This document shows positions 1 through 8,186 of a stretch of DNA of 33,007 bases, in pieces. Numbering within the stretch: the stretch's first letter is position 1; every line of letters begins with the position of its first letter. The translations under genes were made by a program, and so were the position numbers. Under the pieces are notes generated by a model. It ran no database searches, was not told the origin of the DNA, and saw nothing but the letters and a program-made list of their open reading frames with translations. The DNA comes from Alphaproteobacteria bacterium (lineage in GTDB: Bacteria; Pseudomonadota; Alphaproteobacteria; Rhizobiales; Beijerinckiaceae): the NCBI GenBank assembly GCA_009920595.1, contig RFZR01000001.1:1-33007 (forward strand), in the 5' to 3' direction.

Positions 1-46
1 CAATCGCGACTCACAACCCATTTTCGTTGATGAAACCCCGTTCTGA

Positions 47-355
47 GTGCGTGTGATGACTGAAAAGAAAATTATCTATCTTAAAGATATCGACGCGCAG
101 ACGCTGCTTGAAGACGATGATGCCGTTGTCAATATCCCGAAGGGTCTGCCCTTCCGCAAGTTCATGTATTCATGGCTCCTTGATCCGAATATCAAGGGTA
201 ACTATCAAAAGACCATCGATAACAGTATTGCGTTATTGATCCTTTTGAATCTCCTTGCGCTTTTATTCGAGCGCGTTCCGCGCATTTATGAACCCTATCA
301 TCTTTGGTTTCACTATTTCGACATTTTCTCGGTGATTGTCTTCACCGTCGAATAG
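47..355 (+). pseudogene. Vestigial voltage-sensor fragment (S1-S2 helices) of an Ion_trans-family paralog, cut off by TAG at 353-355
   Basis: The ORF encodes an S1-like helix (IALLILLNLLALLFE) and an S2-like helix (FDIFSVIVFTVE) that align with S1/S2 of the three downstream paralogs (FTVEY/FTIEY). The frame stops exactly where the paralogs continue with Y-x-x-R-V-W. S3-S4 continue in the +1 frame from 336. ATG at 56 is a more likely original start than GTG at 47. Confidence 0.5.
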
Positions 356-1619
356 CCCCTTCGCTTTGATCGATTTGATCGCGATTGCGCCTTTCTATCT
401 TCAATCCTTCATTGCGATCGATCTTCGCGTGTTGCGACTTTTGCGGTTGCTGCGAATTTTCAAACTCTTCCGTGTAATCATTCCGGCTTACAAGCAGTTT
501 GTCGAATTGAACGCGGGGCGGACCTTTCGCCAACGTCTGCACGCGCTTGTGTTTCCCAGCCGTTATGGTGGCGATCTTCAGCAATATTTCGACATCTTTA
601 TCAGCTTCTTTGTCATCACTTCGGTTTTGATATCGATTTTGGAATCGGTTCAAATCATCGACTATGTGATGAATGTCGAATTCTCGGTCTTTGACTCGGT
701 CGCTGTGGCCATTTTCACGGTCGAATATACCGTGCGTCTTTATAGTTGCGTTGAGGAGAAGCGCTTTAGTGGCGCGATTGCCGGCCGCTTCAAGCAAGCG
801 ACAACGCCGTCAACGGTCATTGATCTTCTGGCCATTCTCCCCTTCTTCCTCGAAGTCTTCCTGCATCATCTGATCGATCTGCGGTTTCTCCGGGTGTTCC
901 GCCTCACGCGTTTGTTGAAACTCACGCGCAACAGCGACGCGACCGCCATTCTGATCAAGGTGATCGCGCGTGAATGGCCAATTCTGAGCGCGTCAGCTTT
1001 TATCATGATGTTGCTCGTGATTATGACCGCAAGCTTTGGCTATCTCTTTGAGCATGAGGCGCAACCCGATAAATTCGACAACATCCCGAATTCAATCTAT
1101 TGGGCGGTGATTACGCTCGCGTCCGTTGGTTATGGTGATATTTCACCTGTGACGACCATGGGGCGCTTGGTCACGGTCGTGATGGCGCTCATGGGGATTG
1201 GCATCTTCGCAATCCCGGCGGCATTATTAGCATCAGCCTTTAGTGATGAGTTGCGTAAAGAGCGTGAGCAATTGCGGAACAATCTCTATAAAATGCTTAA
1301 AGATGGAAAACTCGATGAGAGCGAAGCCAAGGTGCTTCGTGAAGAGGCGCGTCGGTTGCATTTGACGATTGAAGAGGTCAACCACCTCATCGAAACGGTT
1401 GTCAAAGAGCAGGAAGAGCGTGATAGCCGAGAGGGCATGACGGTAAATGCGATTGCCAAGGACACTGTGATGTCGATTGAGCACTATAAATATTTGCTTG
1501 GTCAAATCCGTCAGCTTGCGCAATTGACAGATGTCAAACAATTCGAAAGCGAAGCCGAGAGGCAGGGTCTCTTGAGTGAAGCGGAACGAAATGTGTGGGC
1601 GGCGGTGAAAGGTCGTTGA
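336..1619 (+). CDS. Voltage-gated K+ channel-like protein (Ion_trans family): remnant S3-S4 of a decayed sensor, then a complete S1-S6 module with an SVGYGD filter and a C-terminal coiled/helical tail
   Basis: Two S4 arginine ladders are present (LRVLRLLRLLRIFKLFR and LRFLRVFRLTRLLKLTR). The pore helix and filter read IYWAVITLASVGYGD (SVGYGD at 1122-1139), followed by an S6. The frame opens at 336 (TTG) right after TGA 333-335. The true start is uncertain because there is no in-frame ATG before the second S1. Confidence 0.75.
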   Translation: MSSPSNSPFALIDLIAIAPFYLQSFIAIDLRVLRLLRLLRIFKLFRVIIPAYKQFVELNAGRTFRQRLHALVFPSRYGGDLQQYFDIFISFFVITSVLISILESVQIIDYVMNVEFSVFDSVAVAIFTVEYTVRLYSCVEEKRFSGAIAGRFKQATTPSTVIDLLAILPFFLEVFLHHLIDLRFLRVFRLTRLLKLTRNSDATAILIKVIAREWPILSASAFIMMLLVIMTASFGYLFEHEAQPDKFDNIPNSIYWAVITLASVGYGDISPVTTMGRLVTVVMALMGIGIFAIPAALLASAFSDELRKEREQLRNNLYKMLKDGKLDESEAKVLREEARRLHLTIEEVNHLIETVVKEQEERDSREGMTVNAIAKDTVMSIEHYKYLLGQIRQLAQLTDVKQFESEAERQGLLSEAERNVWAAVKGR

Positions 1620-1682
1620 TCCTCGATCGATACGCCTCTGTATCGGTGATGCCGAAAGGTAGCGTAGGTATAAGTCATAGTA

Positions 1683-2591
1683 ATGCGTAGTGATGAGTTG
1701 AAGATGACGCGGAAAGAATTCCAACTTTATGCGATGGAGGTCCTTGAGGGATCGCCAAAACATAAGATGTCGCATTATATCGAGCTGCTGATATCCGGTG
1801 TTGTGATCATCAATTGCGCGTGCGTTATTCTTGACTCAATTCCGAGCGTTCATGCGGAATACAAAGAGATTTTCCACTTCATCGAAGTGGTCAGCGTGTT
1901 TTTCTTCACAATTGAATATGGCATGCGGGTTTGGACGCTTGGTCTGAAATATGGACCCAACGAGGGGGGCGCGTGGAAAGGCCGTCGCGGTTATATTTTC
2001 TCCCCCTTCGGCCTTGTCGATTTCTTCGCGACGATGCCTTTCTATTTCCATTTCTTGATGCCGACGCTTGATCTGCGGATCTTGCGTGTATTGCGCTTGC
2101 TGCGTATTTTGAAACTCAGCAAATACAATACGGCCTTGCAGGATCTTTTCGGTGCCGTCTATTCGGAACGTCGCGCCTTCGGTTCCGCCGCGTTTCTGCT
2201 TCTGATTGCGACGGTAATTTCGGCATCCTTGATGCATTTTGCCGAAGGGCATGAGCAACCGAAATATTTTGAGTCCATTCCGCACGCGATTTATTGGTCA
2301 ATCATCACGATCACATCTGGTTATGGCAATGTCGAGCCCGTTACATTTGCGGGTGAATTGATCGCGATTGGCACCGGATTTCTGGGTGTTTGTATGGCCG
2401 CGATTATGACCGGTATTGTCGCTTCTGCTTTTGCAACACAGCTTAACCGCAAAAAAGCGGTTTATGCGCAGCAGCTTCAGAAAGCCATGGAAGATGGTAC
2501 TTTGTCAGATGAAGAAAAGGCAAGCCTTGATAAGCTTAAAGCTCAATTCGGTCTGACAGATAAACAAGTGCGTGAAATTTCTGCGACTTAA
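1683..2591 (+). CDS. Kv-like 6TM ion-transport protein, paralog B, non-canonical filter TSGYGN
   Basis: S1-S6 topology. S2 is FFFTIEYGMRVW and S4 is LRILRVLRLLRILKLSKY. The pore is IYWSIITITSGYGNVEP (TSGYGN at 2313-2330). The C-terminal motif is EDGTLSDEEKASLDKLKAQFGLTDKQV. An alternative ATG lies at 1704. Confidence 0.85.
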   Translation: MRSDELKMTRKEFQLYAMEVLEGSPKHKMSHYIELLISGVVIINCACVILDSIPSVHAEYKEIFHFIEVVSVFFFTIEYGMRVWTLGLKYGPNEGGAWKGRRGYIFSPFGLVDFFATMPFYFHFLMPTLDLRILRVLRLLRILKLSKYNTALQDLFGAVYSERRAFGSAAFLLLIATVISASLMHFAEGHEQPKYFESIPHAIYWSIITITSGYGNVEPVTFAGELIAIGTGFLGVCMAAIMTGIVASAFATQLNRKKAVYAQQLQKAMEDGTLSDEEKASLDKLKAQFGLTDKQVREISAT

Positions 2592-2609
2592 GTGCAGGGG
2601 CGAATATCG

Positions 2610-3833
2610 ATGAGTCAGTCAACTTTAGCAGGCGCTCCCCCCGTATCGATGGGTTTTTACTCGCGCATCCAACGCAGCGTGTTCGAAACGCTTGAAGGTG
2701 AAGTTCATAACCCCGTCAGCAAAGCGGTCGAAATTTTCATTGCCGTACTCGTTTTGCTGAATGTCTTGTCGATTATTCTCGAATCGCTTCATGAGTTACA
2801 CGCTGAGTATGAATCGTGGTTCTATGTTTTTGATACATTCAGCGTGATTGTTTTTACAATCGAATATGTGCTCCGTGTCTGGTCGGGTGGTGCCAAATAT
2901 GAAATCGGCGTCAAAGGCAATGCGTGGCGTGGACGTAAGGACTATATGTTCAGCGCTTTTGGCATTGTGGATTTCGCGAGTACGATTCCCTTCTATTTAC
3001 AGTTAATTTTGCCGGGTGCGGATTTGCGTATGTTACGCATGTTCCGCCTATTACGTATTTTCAAATTGTCTCGGTATAACACCGCGATGGAAGATATGTT
3101 CGAGGCAATCAAAGCTGAGAAAGATTCTTTCTCATCTGCGCTCTTTCTTCTTTTGATCAGCTGTCTTCTGTTCTCGTCGCTCATTTACATTGTTGAGGGG
3201 CATGACGATCATGCGGTGTTCTCATCGATCCCGGCGGCGATGCATTGGTTCATGATCACGATTATCTCGGGGTGGGGTAACGTCGATCCCGAAACCTATA
3301 TGGGTATTTATCTCGTCGTGATCACTCAGGTTTTGGCCATCGCTCTCGCGGCGATCCTGACCGGTGTTGTTGCCACTGCCTACACAACGCAAGTGCAACG
3401 CCGCGAGTCATTTTACGAGCAACAACTGCGCGAAGTGCTCAAAGATGGTATTGTGACAGAAGAAGAAAAGGCGCATTTGAAAAAAATGCAGGCCGATTTC
3501 GGCATGTCTGATGAGCAAGTCGCGGCGATCGCGGATCAGATCGAAGAAGAAAAAGCGCAAGCCGCCCAGAAGATGCAAGTGACGCAGGCGCCCGCAGCAC
3601 CGCAAGCCGCTGTTATTGTTGAGGCGCCCATTGTGAAGGAGCGTGTGACGGCTTCTGATTTGTCATCGCTCGATCCGGAGGAGAAATTAAATCTTCTCGC
3701 TTCCCTCGTAGATTCATTGTCCTTGCGACAGAAGTCTTCGTTGTTGAACCGGGTGGCGGACAGTCTTGCGCGTCATTCGATTGTGGTTGAGACGGTGCCG
3801 CCAAAGACATCCGGTTCCGAGCCGGCCCGCTAA
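2610..3833 (+). CDS. Kv-like 6TM ion-transport protein, paralog C, non-canonical filter ISGWGN, extended Ala/Pro/Gln-rich C-terminus
   Basis: S2 is VIVFTIEYVLRVW and S4 is LRMLRMFRLLRIFKLSRY. The pore is MHWFMITIISGWGNVDP (ISGWGN at 3264-3281). The C-terminal motif is KDGIVTEEEKAHLKKMQADFGMSDEQV. ATG at 2610 is preceded by AGGGG and is preferred over the GTG at 2592 that abuts the stop of paralog B. Confidence 0.85.
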   Translation: MSQSTLAGAPPVSMGFYSRIQRSVFETLEGEVHNPVSKAVEIFIAVLVLLNVLSIILESLHELHAEYESWFYVFDTFSVIVFTIEYVLRVWSGGAKYEIGVKGNAWRGRKDYMFSAFGIVDFASTIPFYLQLILPGADLRMLRMFRLLRIFKLSRYNTAMEDMFEAIKAEKDSFSSALFLLLISCLLFSSLIYIVEGHDDHAVFSSIPAAMHWFMITIISGWGNVDPETYMGIYLVVITQVLAIALAAILTGVVATAYTTQVQRRESFYEQQLREVLKDGIVTEEEKAHLKKMQADFGMSDEQVAAIADQIEEEKAQAAQKMQVTQAPAAPQAAVIVEAPIVKERVTASDLSSLDPEEKLNLLASLVDSLSLRQKSSLLNRVADSLARHSIVVETVPPKTSGSEPAR

Positions 3834-3935
3834 GGCTGCGGCTTTCCGTCCTCCCTCTCTGTCTTGCGATTGACCTGATAAAGGTTCGCGATAACATCTC
3901 GTCCCTTGGATCTATACGGGAAGGATGTTGCGCTC

Positions 3936-5426
3936 ATGGCCTATGTGATTGGTGTTGATGGCGGAACGGAATCAATTCGTGCTGGGGTTTTTGATCTTTC
4001 CGGCAAACCCTTGGCCTTTGCGTCAACGCCTTACAAAACCAATTTCCCGCATCCGGCATGGGCTGAACAAAATCCGCAAGATTGGTGGAATGGTTTGGGC
4101 CAAAGCATTCGCAAAGCGCTGGCGGATGCCGGTGTGCGCAAAGAGGATGTGATTGGCCTGTCGGTTGATACGACCTGTTGTTCTGTTGTTGCGCTTGATG
4201 AGCAAGGCCATGCGCTTCGCCCCGCCTTGATCTGGATGGATGTGCGCGCGGCGCATGAAACGGAGCTTGTCCTCAACACAGGCGATGACGCCTTGATTGT
4301 GAATTCGAATGGCAAAGGCCCCGTGTCGGCGGAATGGATGGTGCCGAAAGCGTTATGGATTGCCCGCAATGAGCCTGAGATTTTCAAAAAAGCCGCGACG
4401 ATTTGCGAGTATCAAGACTACATAAATTATCATCTTACAGGCCGCATGGTGGCATCCATCGGTAACATCGCGCCGCGCTGGCATTATCGCGCGAGTGCAG
4501 GCGGCTTTCCGGTTTCACTGGTTGAGAAACTCGGCATTCCCGAGCTTGCGAAAAAATGGCCGCGTGAAATCACAAAGCTGGGTGAAGTCATCGCTCCCCT
4601 AACAGCAAAAGCGGCGGAGCATTGCGGACTTGTTGCCGGAACTCCCGTCGCACAAGGCGGCCCTGATGCCTTCATTGCGATGATTGGATTGGGTGTCGTG
4701 CAACCGGGCGCGTTGGCCTTCATCACGGGTTCTTCACATCTGCATCTTGGTCTTTCGCCCAAACCGTTTCATGGCAAGGGCATCTGGGGCACATATGAAG
4801 ATGCTCTTATCCCCGGCTTGCATGTTGTTGAGGGCGGGCAAACATCAACCGGTTCGGTGATCAATTGGTACAAAAATCTTTTGGGTGATGCGGTGAGCTA
4901 TGAAACGCTAAATGCGGAAGCCGCTGCCTTACCGCCTGGTGCCGATGGTTTGATTGTTCAGGAACATTTTCAAGGCAATCGCACGCCGCATACGGATGCG
5001 CTTTCACGCGGGGCGATTACGGGCTTGAGTCTCAAACATACGCGTGCGCATATTTTCCGCGCGATCATTGAAGGTGTGGCTTTTGGTTCGGAAGCGATTT
5101 TTAAAGCCATGCGCGCCAATGGCTATCAACCCACTGAATTCCGTGTTTGTGGTGGCGCGACACGTTCGGACCTATGGTTGCAGATCCACGCTGATGTCTC
5201 AGGCATTCCGTTGACCCTGACCGATGTCGCCGACGCTCCTGCATTAGGCTCGGCAATTTTGGCAGCGGTGGCTGCGGGCCGATATCCATCGATTGAAGAA
5301 GCAGCAAAGGCAATGGTGAAAATCACGCGCCGCGTTGAACCTGATATGAAAAAACATGAGGAGTATAAGCCGCTCTTTGCGGCTTATGAGCGCGCTTATC
5401 CGGCCTTGAAATCCATCGCAGGATAA
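3936..5426 (+). CDS. FGGY-family carbohydrate kinase (pentulose/ribulokinase-like)
   Basis: The N-terminus YVIGVDGGTESIRAGVFD is the actin-fold phosphate-1 motif of FGGY kinases. AEQNPQDWW and a C-terminal GGATRSDLWLQIHADV block are also present. ATG at 3936 is preferred over TTG at 3906. Confidence 0.85.
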   Translation: MAYVIGVDGGTESIRAGVFDLSGKPLAFASTPYKTNFPHPAWAEQNPQDWWNGLGQSIRKALADAGVRKEDVIGLSVDTTCCSVVALDEQGHALRPALIWMDVRAAHETELVLNTGDDALIVNSNGKGPVSAEWMVPKALWIARNEPEIFKKAATICEYQDYINYHLTGRMVASIGNIAPRWHYRASAGGFPVSLVEKLGIPELAKKWPREITKLGEVIAPLTAKAAEHCGLVAGTPVAQGGPDAFIAMIGLGVVQPGALAFITGSSHLHLGLSPKPFHGKGIWGTYEDALIPGLHVVEGGQTSTGSVINWYKNLLGDAVSYETLNAEAAALPPGADGLIVQEHFQGNRTPHTDALSRGAITGLSLKHTRAHIFRAIIEGVAFGSEAIFKAMRANGYQPTEFRVCGGATRSDLWLQIHADVSGIPLTLTDVADAPALGSAILAAVAAGRYPSIEEAAKAMVKITRRVEPDMKKHEEYKPLFAAYERAYPALKSIAG

Positions 5427-5448
5427 TCTCCCAAAGCGTTCGGTGCCG

Positions 5449-8157
5449 TTATTCGACGACGTTCTGATCCAGTAACGTCTCTGTAGAACTCACCATCTGA
5501 TGACAGAGATCGGATCTGATATCGAGTTCGGCTTCGTTCTTTAAAACCTCGATCCGGCGGCCACGCTCGGGCGCACAAAGGCGACCATCAATCTGCGCTT
5601 TCAATGAGATAATCTCGCCGTCTGCGATATTTGGAATCGTGAAATAACCATCTTGATCTGTCACGGCTTTAAGCGTGCCTTGTTTTTGGGTCGCCGCTTT
5701 GATTTTGATGCCGGCCAATCCTTTGCGGCCATTTTCCGTCACGCGACCAAACAGAACGTGACTGCCATCATCGGCTTCCCCATTGGGGTCTGCGCGCAAC
5801 GCACGAAGATTGGCAATCTCAAGTCTCGTGTTCGGTGCCGCATCTGAAAGGGCGATGCGTATCGCACGCACCTGGCCAATCGGAAGTGGTGGACGGCGAT
5901 TTGTTTGTTTACCGAAATAATGATCGGGCCAATCGAGCTCGGTTGTTGAGAGCGTTTCATTGCGCCACTGACCATCTGTTGAAAGCGGCGCGATGGACCA
6001 CTGGCTTGAGGGAAGAAAAGCGCTGTTCGGCGACGTCGCTTCATTGATAGAAATTGTATCGCCATTCTTCATTAAAAAATCGATCTCGACGGCACCGGTC
6101 GACGAAAAACGTCCGGCAGCAGAAGCCAATTTCCGGATTTGAAACGCGATATGACTCGTATTCCACAAAGCAAGACCTGAAGGTTGGAAGATGAGTTCCG
6201 CATTTCCAGTTTGATCGGCGGTGAGGGACATGACACCAAGCGGCGCCCCATTTGTATTGGCGAGCGTGCCTTCGATGATCGCGCCGCTTTCTTCGTTAAC
6301 CGTGCCTTTGTCGCGTAAACTCACGCGATCAATCAATGCGGTGGGGGCATGATCATCAACAAGCGTGATGGACGCGCGCCCGTTTGAATCCGCTTTGTTA
6401 CGCGTGAATGTCGTAAACTCTCGATCGCCAATAAACACGCGCGCTTTTGTCGGATCTGTCACATAAAGTGTCAGCCCATGGAGGTCGCGGCTTCCTGCGC
6501 GGGGATCAGGCACGGTGCGCCCTGTCACCGGGTCAGTCCATGGATCAATCCTGAACACATTGCCGTCAGCGCTAACATGAAGATGCTCAGCGATGTGGCT
6601 TTGCATCATCTGATAACGTACCCAAGTTGAAGCGGGCGGCGACCAAACGCGTTGTCTCTCGGGAACGGTGCCGTCAAAATTATAAACAAGATTGACGAGT
6701 TTTGTGAGCCATTTCTTAGTCACTGGCGTCAGCGGCTCTTCAATCGTGTGGTCATATTTCGATCCACGCGAACCAAAATGCGTGTACCAGAAATGTTCAA
6801 CCGTCTCGCCATGAGTGATTTTTTCAACGCTTGTGGCGATCAACATGGCAAGGGCATCGCCTTGTGCGCTATCACAATTGACACCGCAATAAAGATCGAG
6901 ACGTTCGTTGTAACTCAAGAAGGGAAGAAGCTTTTCAACATCCTTCGCAAAGGCTTCCGGTGATGAGCGGTCAAACTCCCCGGTATTGGTGCGTGGGATA
7001 TTGTAAAAGCCCTCGAAGCTTGATGTCATCGAACGTGGCGGATCGCCCGCATTGATCGACAGCGGACCGAAATAATCAGATTTGTGCTCTGGGAAATAAG
7101 CCCATACACCGTCCACGCCAAGCGATTTCAAAATATCTGCATGATAGGCATGGCTTGTCTGATTTGTAGCTTGTGGTTCACGACGCACAACAACAGACGC
7201 ATTAGCAAACAGAGTTCCAGGCGTGCGCGGTACTTCGAGAACGCGCCCAGCAACACCAAAATCTTGATTGAGCGTGTTACCGCCATGAGAGGTCAGAAGC
7301 GTCGGCCTGATATTCCATTTCGCAAGATCAGGCGCTTCACCAAGAACCGTCTGGCGGCTGAAATCATCGCGAATTATTTTTGTAATTGTCAGAGCGCATC
7401 CATCTGCGCAGGAGGGGGCTTTGAATTCAATGGCACTAAGACGTCCAAGATTCAAAGCGAGAGTTTGAGGACTCTTCGCTTTGCGCGGAATGAGAAAATC
7501 GGCAAAGCGATCCGTGCCAGAAGCCCTCACCTGAACGCTAAGTGCTTTTTGTATGTCGCCTTCATTAAGGATAAGAGATTGACCTAAGCTGTCACGCAAA
7601 AGGATTGTAAGGTCTCCCGGTATTTCACCCGAAAAATAAATCCGGATATTTTGTCTTTGCTCATCGACGATCGCGGGATCTGTTTCAGAGATCGGAAGCA
7701 CGACAGATGATGAGGATAGTTTGAGTGCAGGCGAGAGATCATTGCGCAATTGATAGGTGCTGTCTTCATTCCAACCATGAAATTGATCGATATTGCCACG
7801 ATGCCATTCTCTTAAAAGAAGCGCAAAAGTGGGCTGATCATCAACACCCGATGGAGCGCGATTGAGCACATTGGGTCCCAGAAAGAAAGTCGATAGGCGA
7901 TCGCTACCATGCGGCCAGATCGCGTCGCTGATCGGCAAACCCATTTCTTCGTTGAATACGCGATGAAGCGCCATTTCGTGCCACGGCTTCAATTCATCCG
8001 TATCGTCGCTGAAGCTCACAACATGGTGAAACGGATAGGGGAGCGGCCGAATGATCGAGGCTGGACTTGTTTGATCTGCGTGAGAGGAAGACAGAGTTCC
8101 CGCCGCTAAAAGCGCAGAGCCAAGCATCAAAGCAAAATGGCGGAAAAGGGTACTCAT
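5449..8157 (-). CDS. Large secreted protein of unknown function (about 900 aa) with a C-terminal CarboxypepD_reg-like beta-sandwich
   Basis: This is the longest ORF in the window. It has a Sec signal peptide (MSTLFRHFALMLGSALLAAGTLSSSHA/DQ). The C-terminal segment GRVTENGRKGLAGIKIKAATQ..TDQDGYFTIPNIADGEIISLKA matches the carboxypeptidase-regulatory-like pattern. I recognise no catalytic family. ATG at 8157 is preferred over TTG at 8169. The gene lies 30 nt downstream of the dehydrogenase on the same strand. Confidence 0.75.
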   Translation of the reverse strand: MSTLFRHFALMLGSALLAAGTLSSSHADQTSPASIIRPLPYPFHHVVSFSDDTDELKPWHEMALHRVFNEEMGLPISDAIWPHGSDRLSTFFLGPNVLNRAPSGVDDQPTFALLLREWHRGNIDQFHGWNEDSTYQLRNDLSPALKLSSSSVVLPISETDPAIVDEQRQNIRIYFSGEIPGDLTILLRDSLGQSLILNEGDIQKALSVQVRASGTDRFADFLIPRKAKSPQTLALNLGRLSAIEFKAPSCADGCALTITKIIRDDFSRQTVLGEAPDLAKWNIRPTLLTSHGGNTLNQDFGVAGRVLEVPRTPGTLFANASVVVRREPQATNQTSHAYHADILKSLGVDGVWAYFPEHKSDYFGPLSINAGDPPRSMTSSFEGFYNIPRTNTGEFDRSSPEAFAKDVEKLLPFLSYNERLDLYCGVNCDSAQGDALAMLIATSVEKITHGETVEHFWYTHFGSRGSKYDHTIEEPLTPVTKKWLTKLVNLVYNFDGTVPERQRVWSPPASTWVRYQMMQSHIAEHLHVSADGNVFRIDPWTDPVTGRTVPDPRAGSRDLHGLTLYVTDPTKARVFIGDREFTTFTRNKADSNGRASITLVDDHAPTALIDRVSLRDKGTVNEESGAIIEGTLANTNGAPLGVMSLTADQTGNAELIFQPSGLALWNTSHIAFQIRKLASAAGRFSSTGAVEIDFLMKNGDTISINEATSPNSAFLPSSQWSIAPLSTDGQWRNETLSTTELDWPDHYFGKQTNRRPPLPIGQVRAIRIALSDAAPNTRLEIANLRALRADPNGEADDGSHVLFGRVTENGRKGLAGIKIKAATQKQGTLKAVTDQDGYFTIPNIADGEIISLKAQIDGRLCAPERGRRIEVLKNEAELDIRSDLCHQMVSSTETLLDQNVVE

Positions 8158-8186
8158 AACACGCAACACTCGTTTAATGGGTAGGA

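Noticed and set aside
336-355. Programmed +1 ribosomal frameshift joining ORF 47-355 to ORF 336-1619.
   Set aside because: The 20-nt overlap (TTGTCTTCACCGTCGAATAG) contains no slippery motif that I recognise. About 25 codons of the S2-S3 linker present in all paralogs are missing. A deletion explains the junction better than recoding.
3820-3850. Weak hairpin AGCCG-N14-CGGCT followed by TTCC after channel paralog C, as a terminator.
   Set aside because: It has only a 5-bp stem, a 14-nt loop and a 2-3 nt T run. That is not convincing as an intrinsic terminator.
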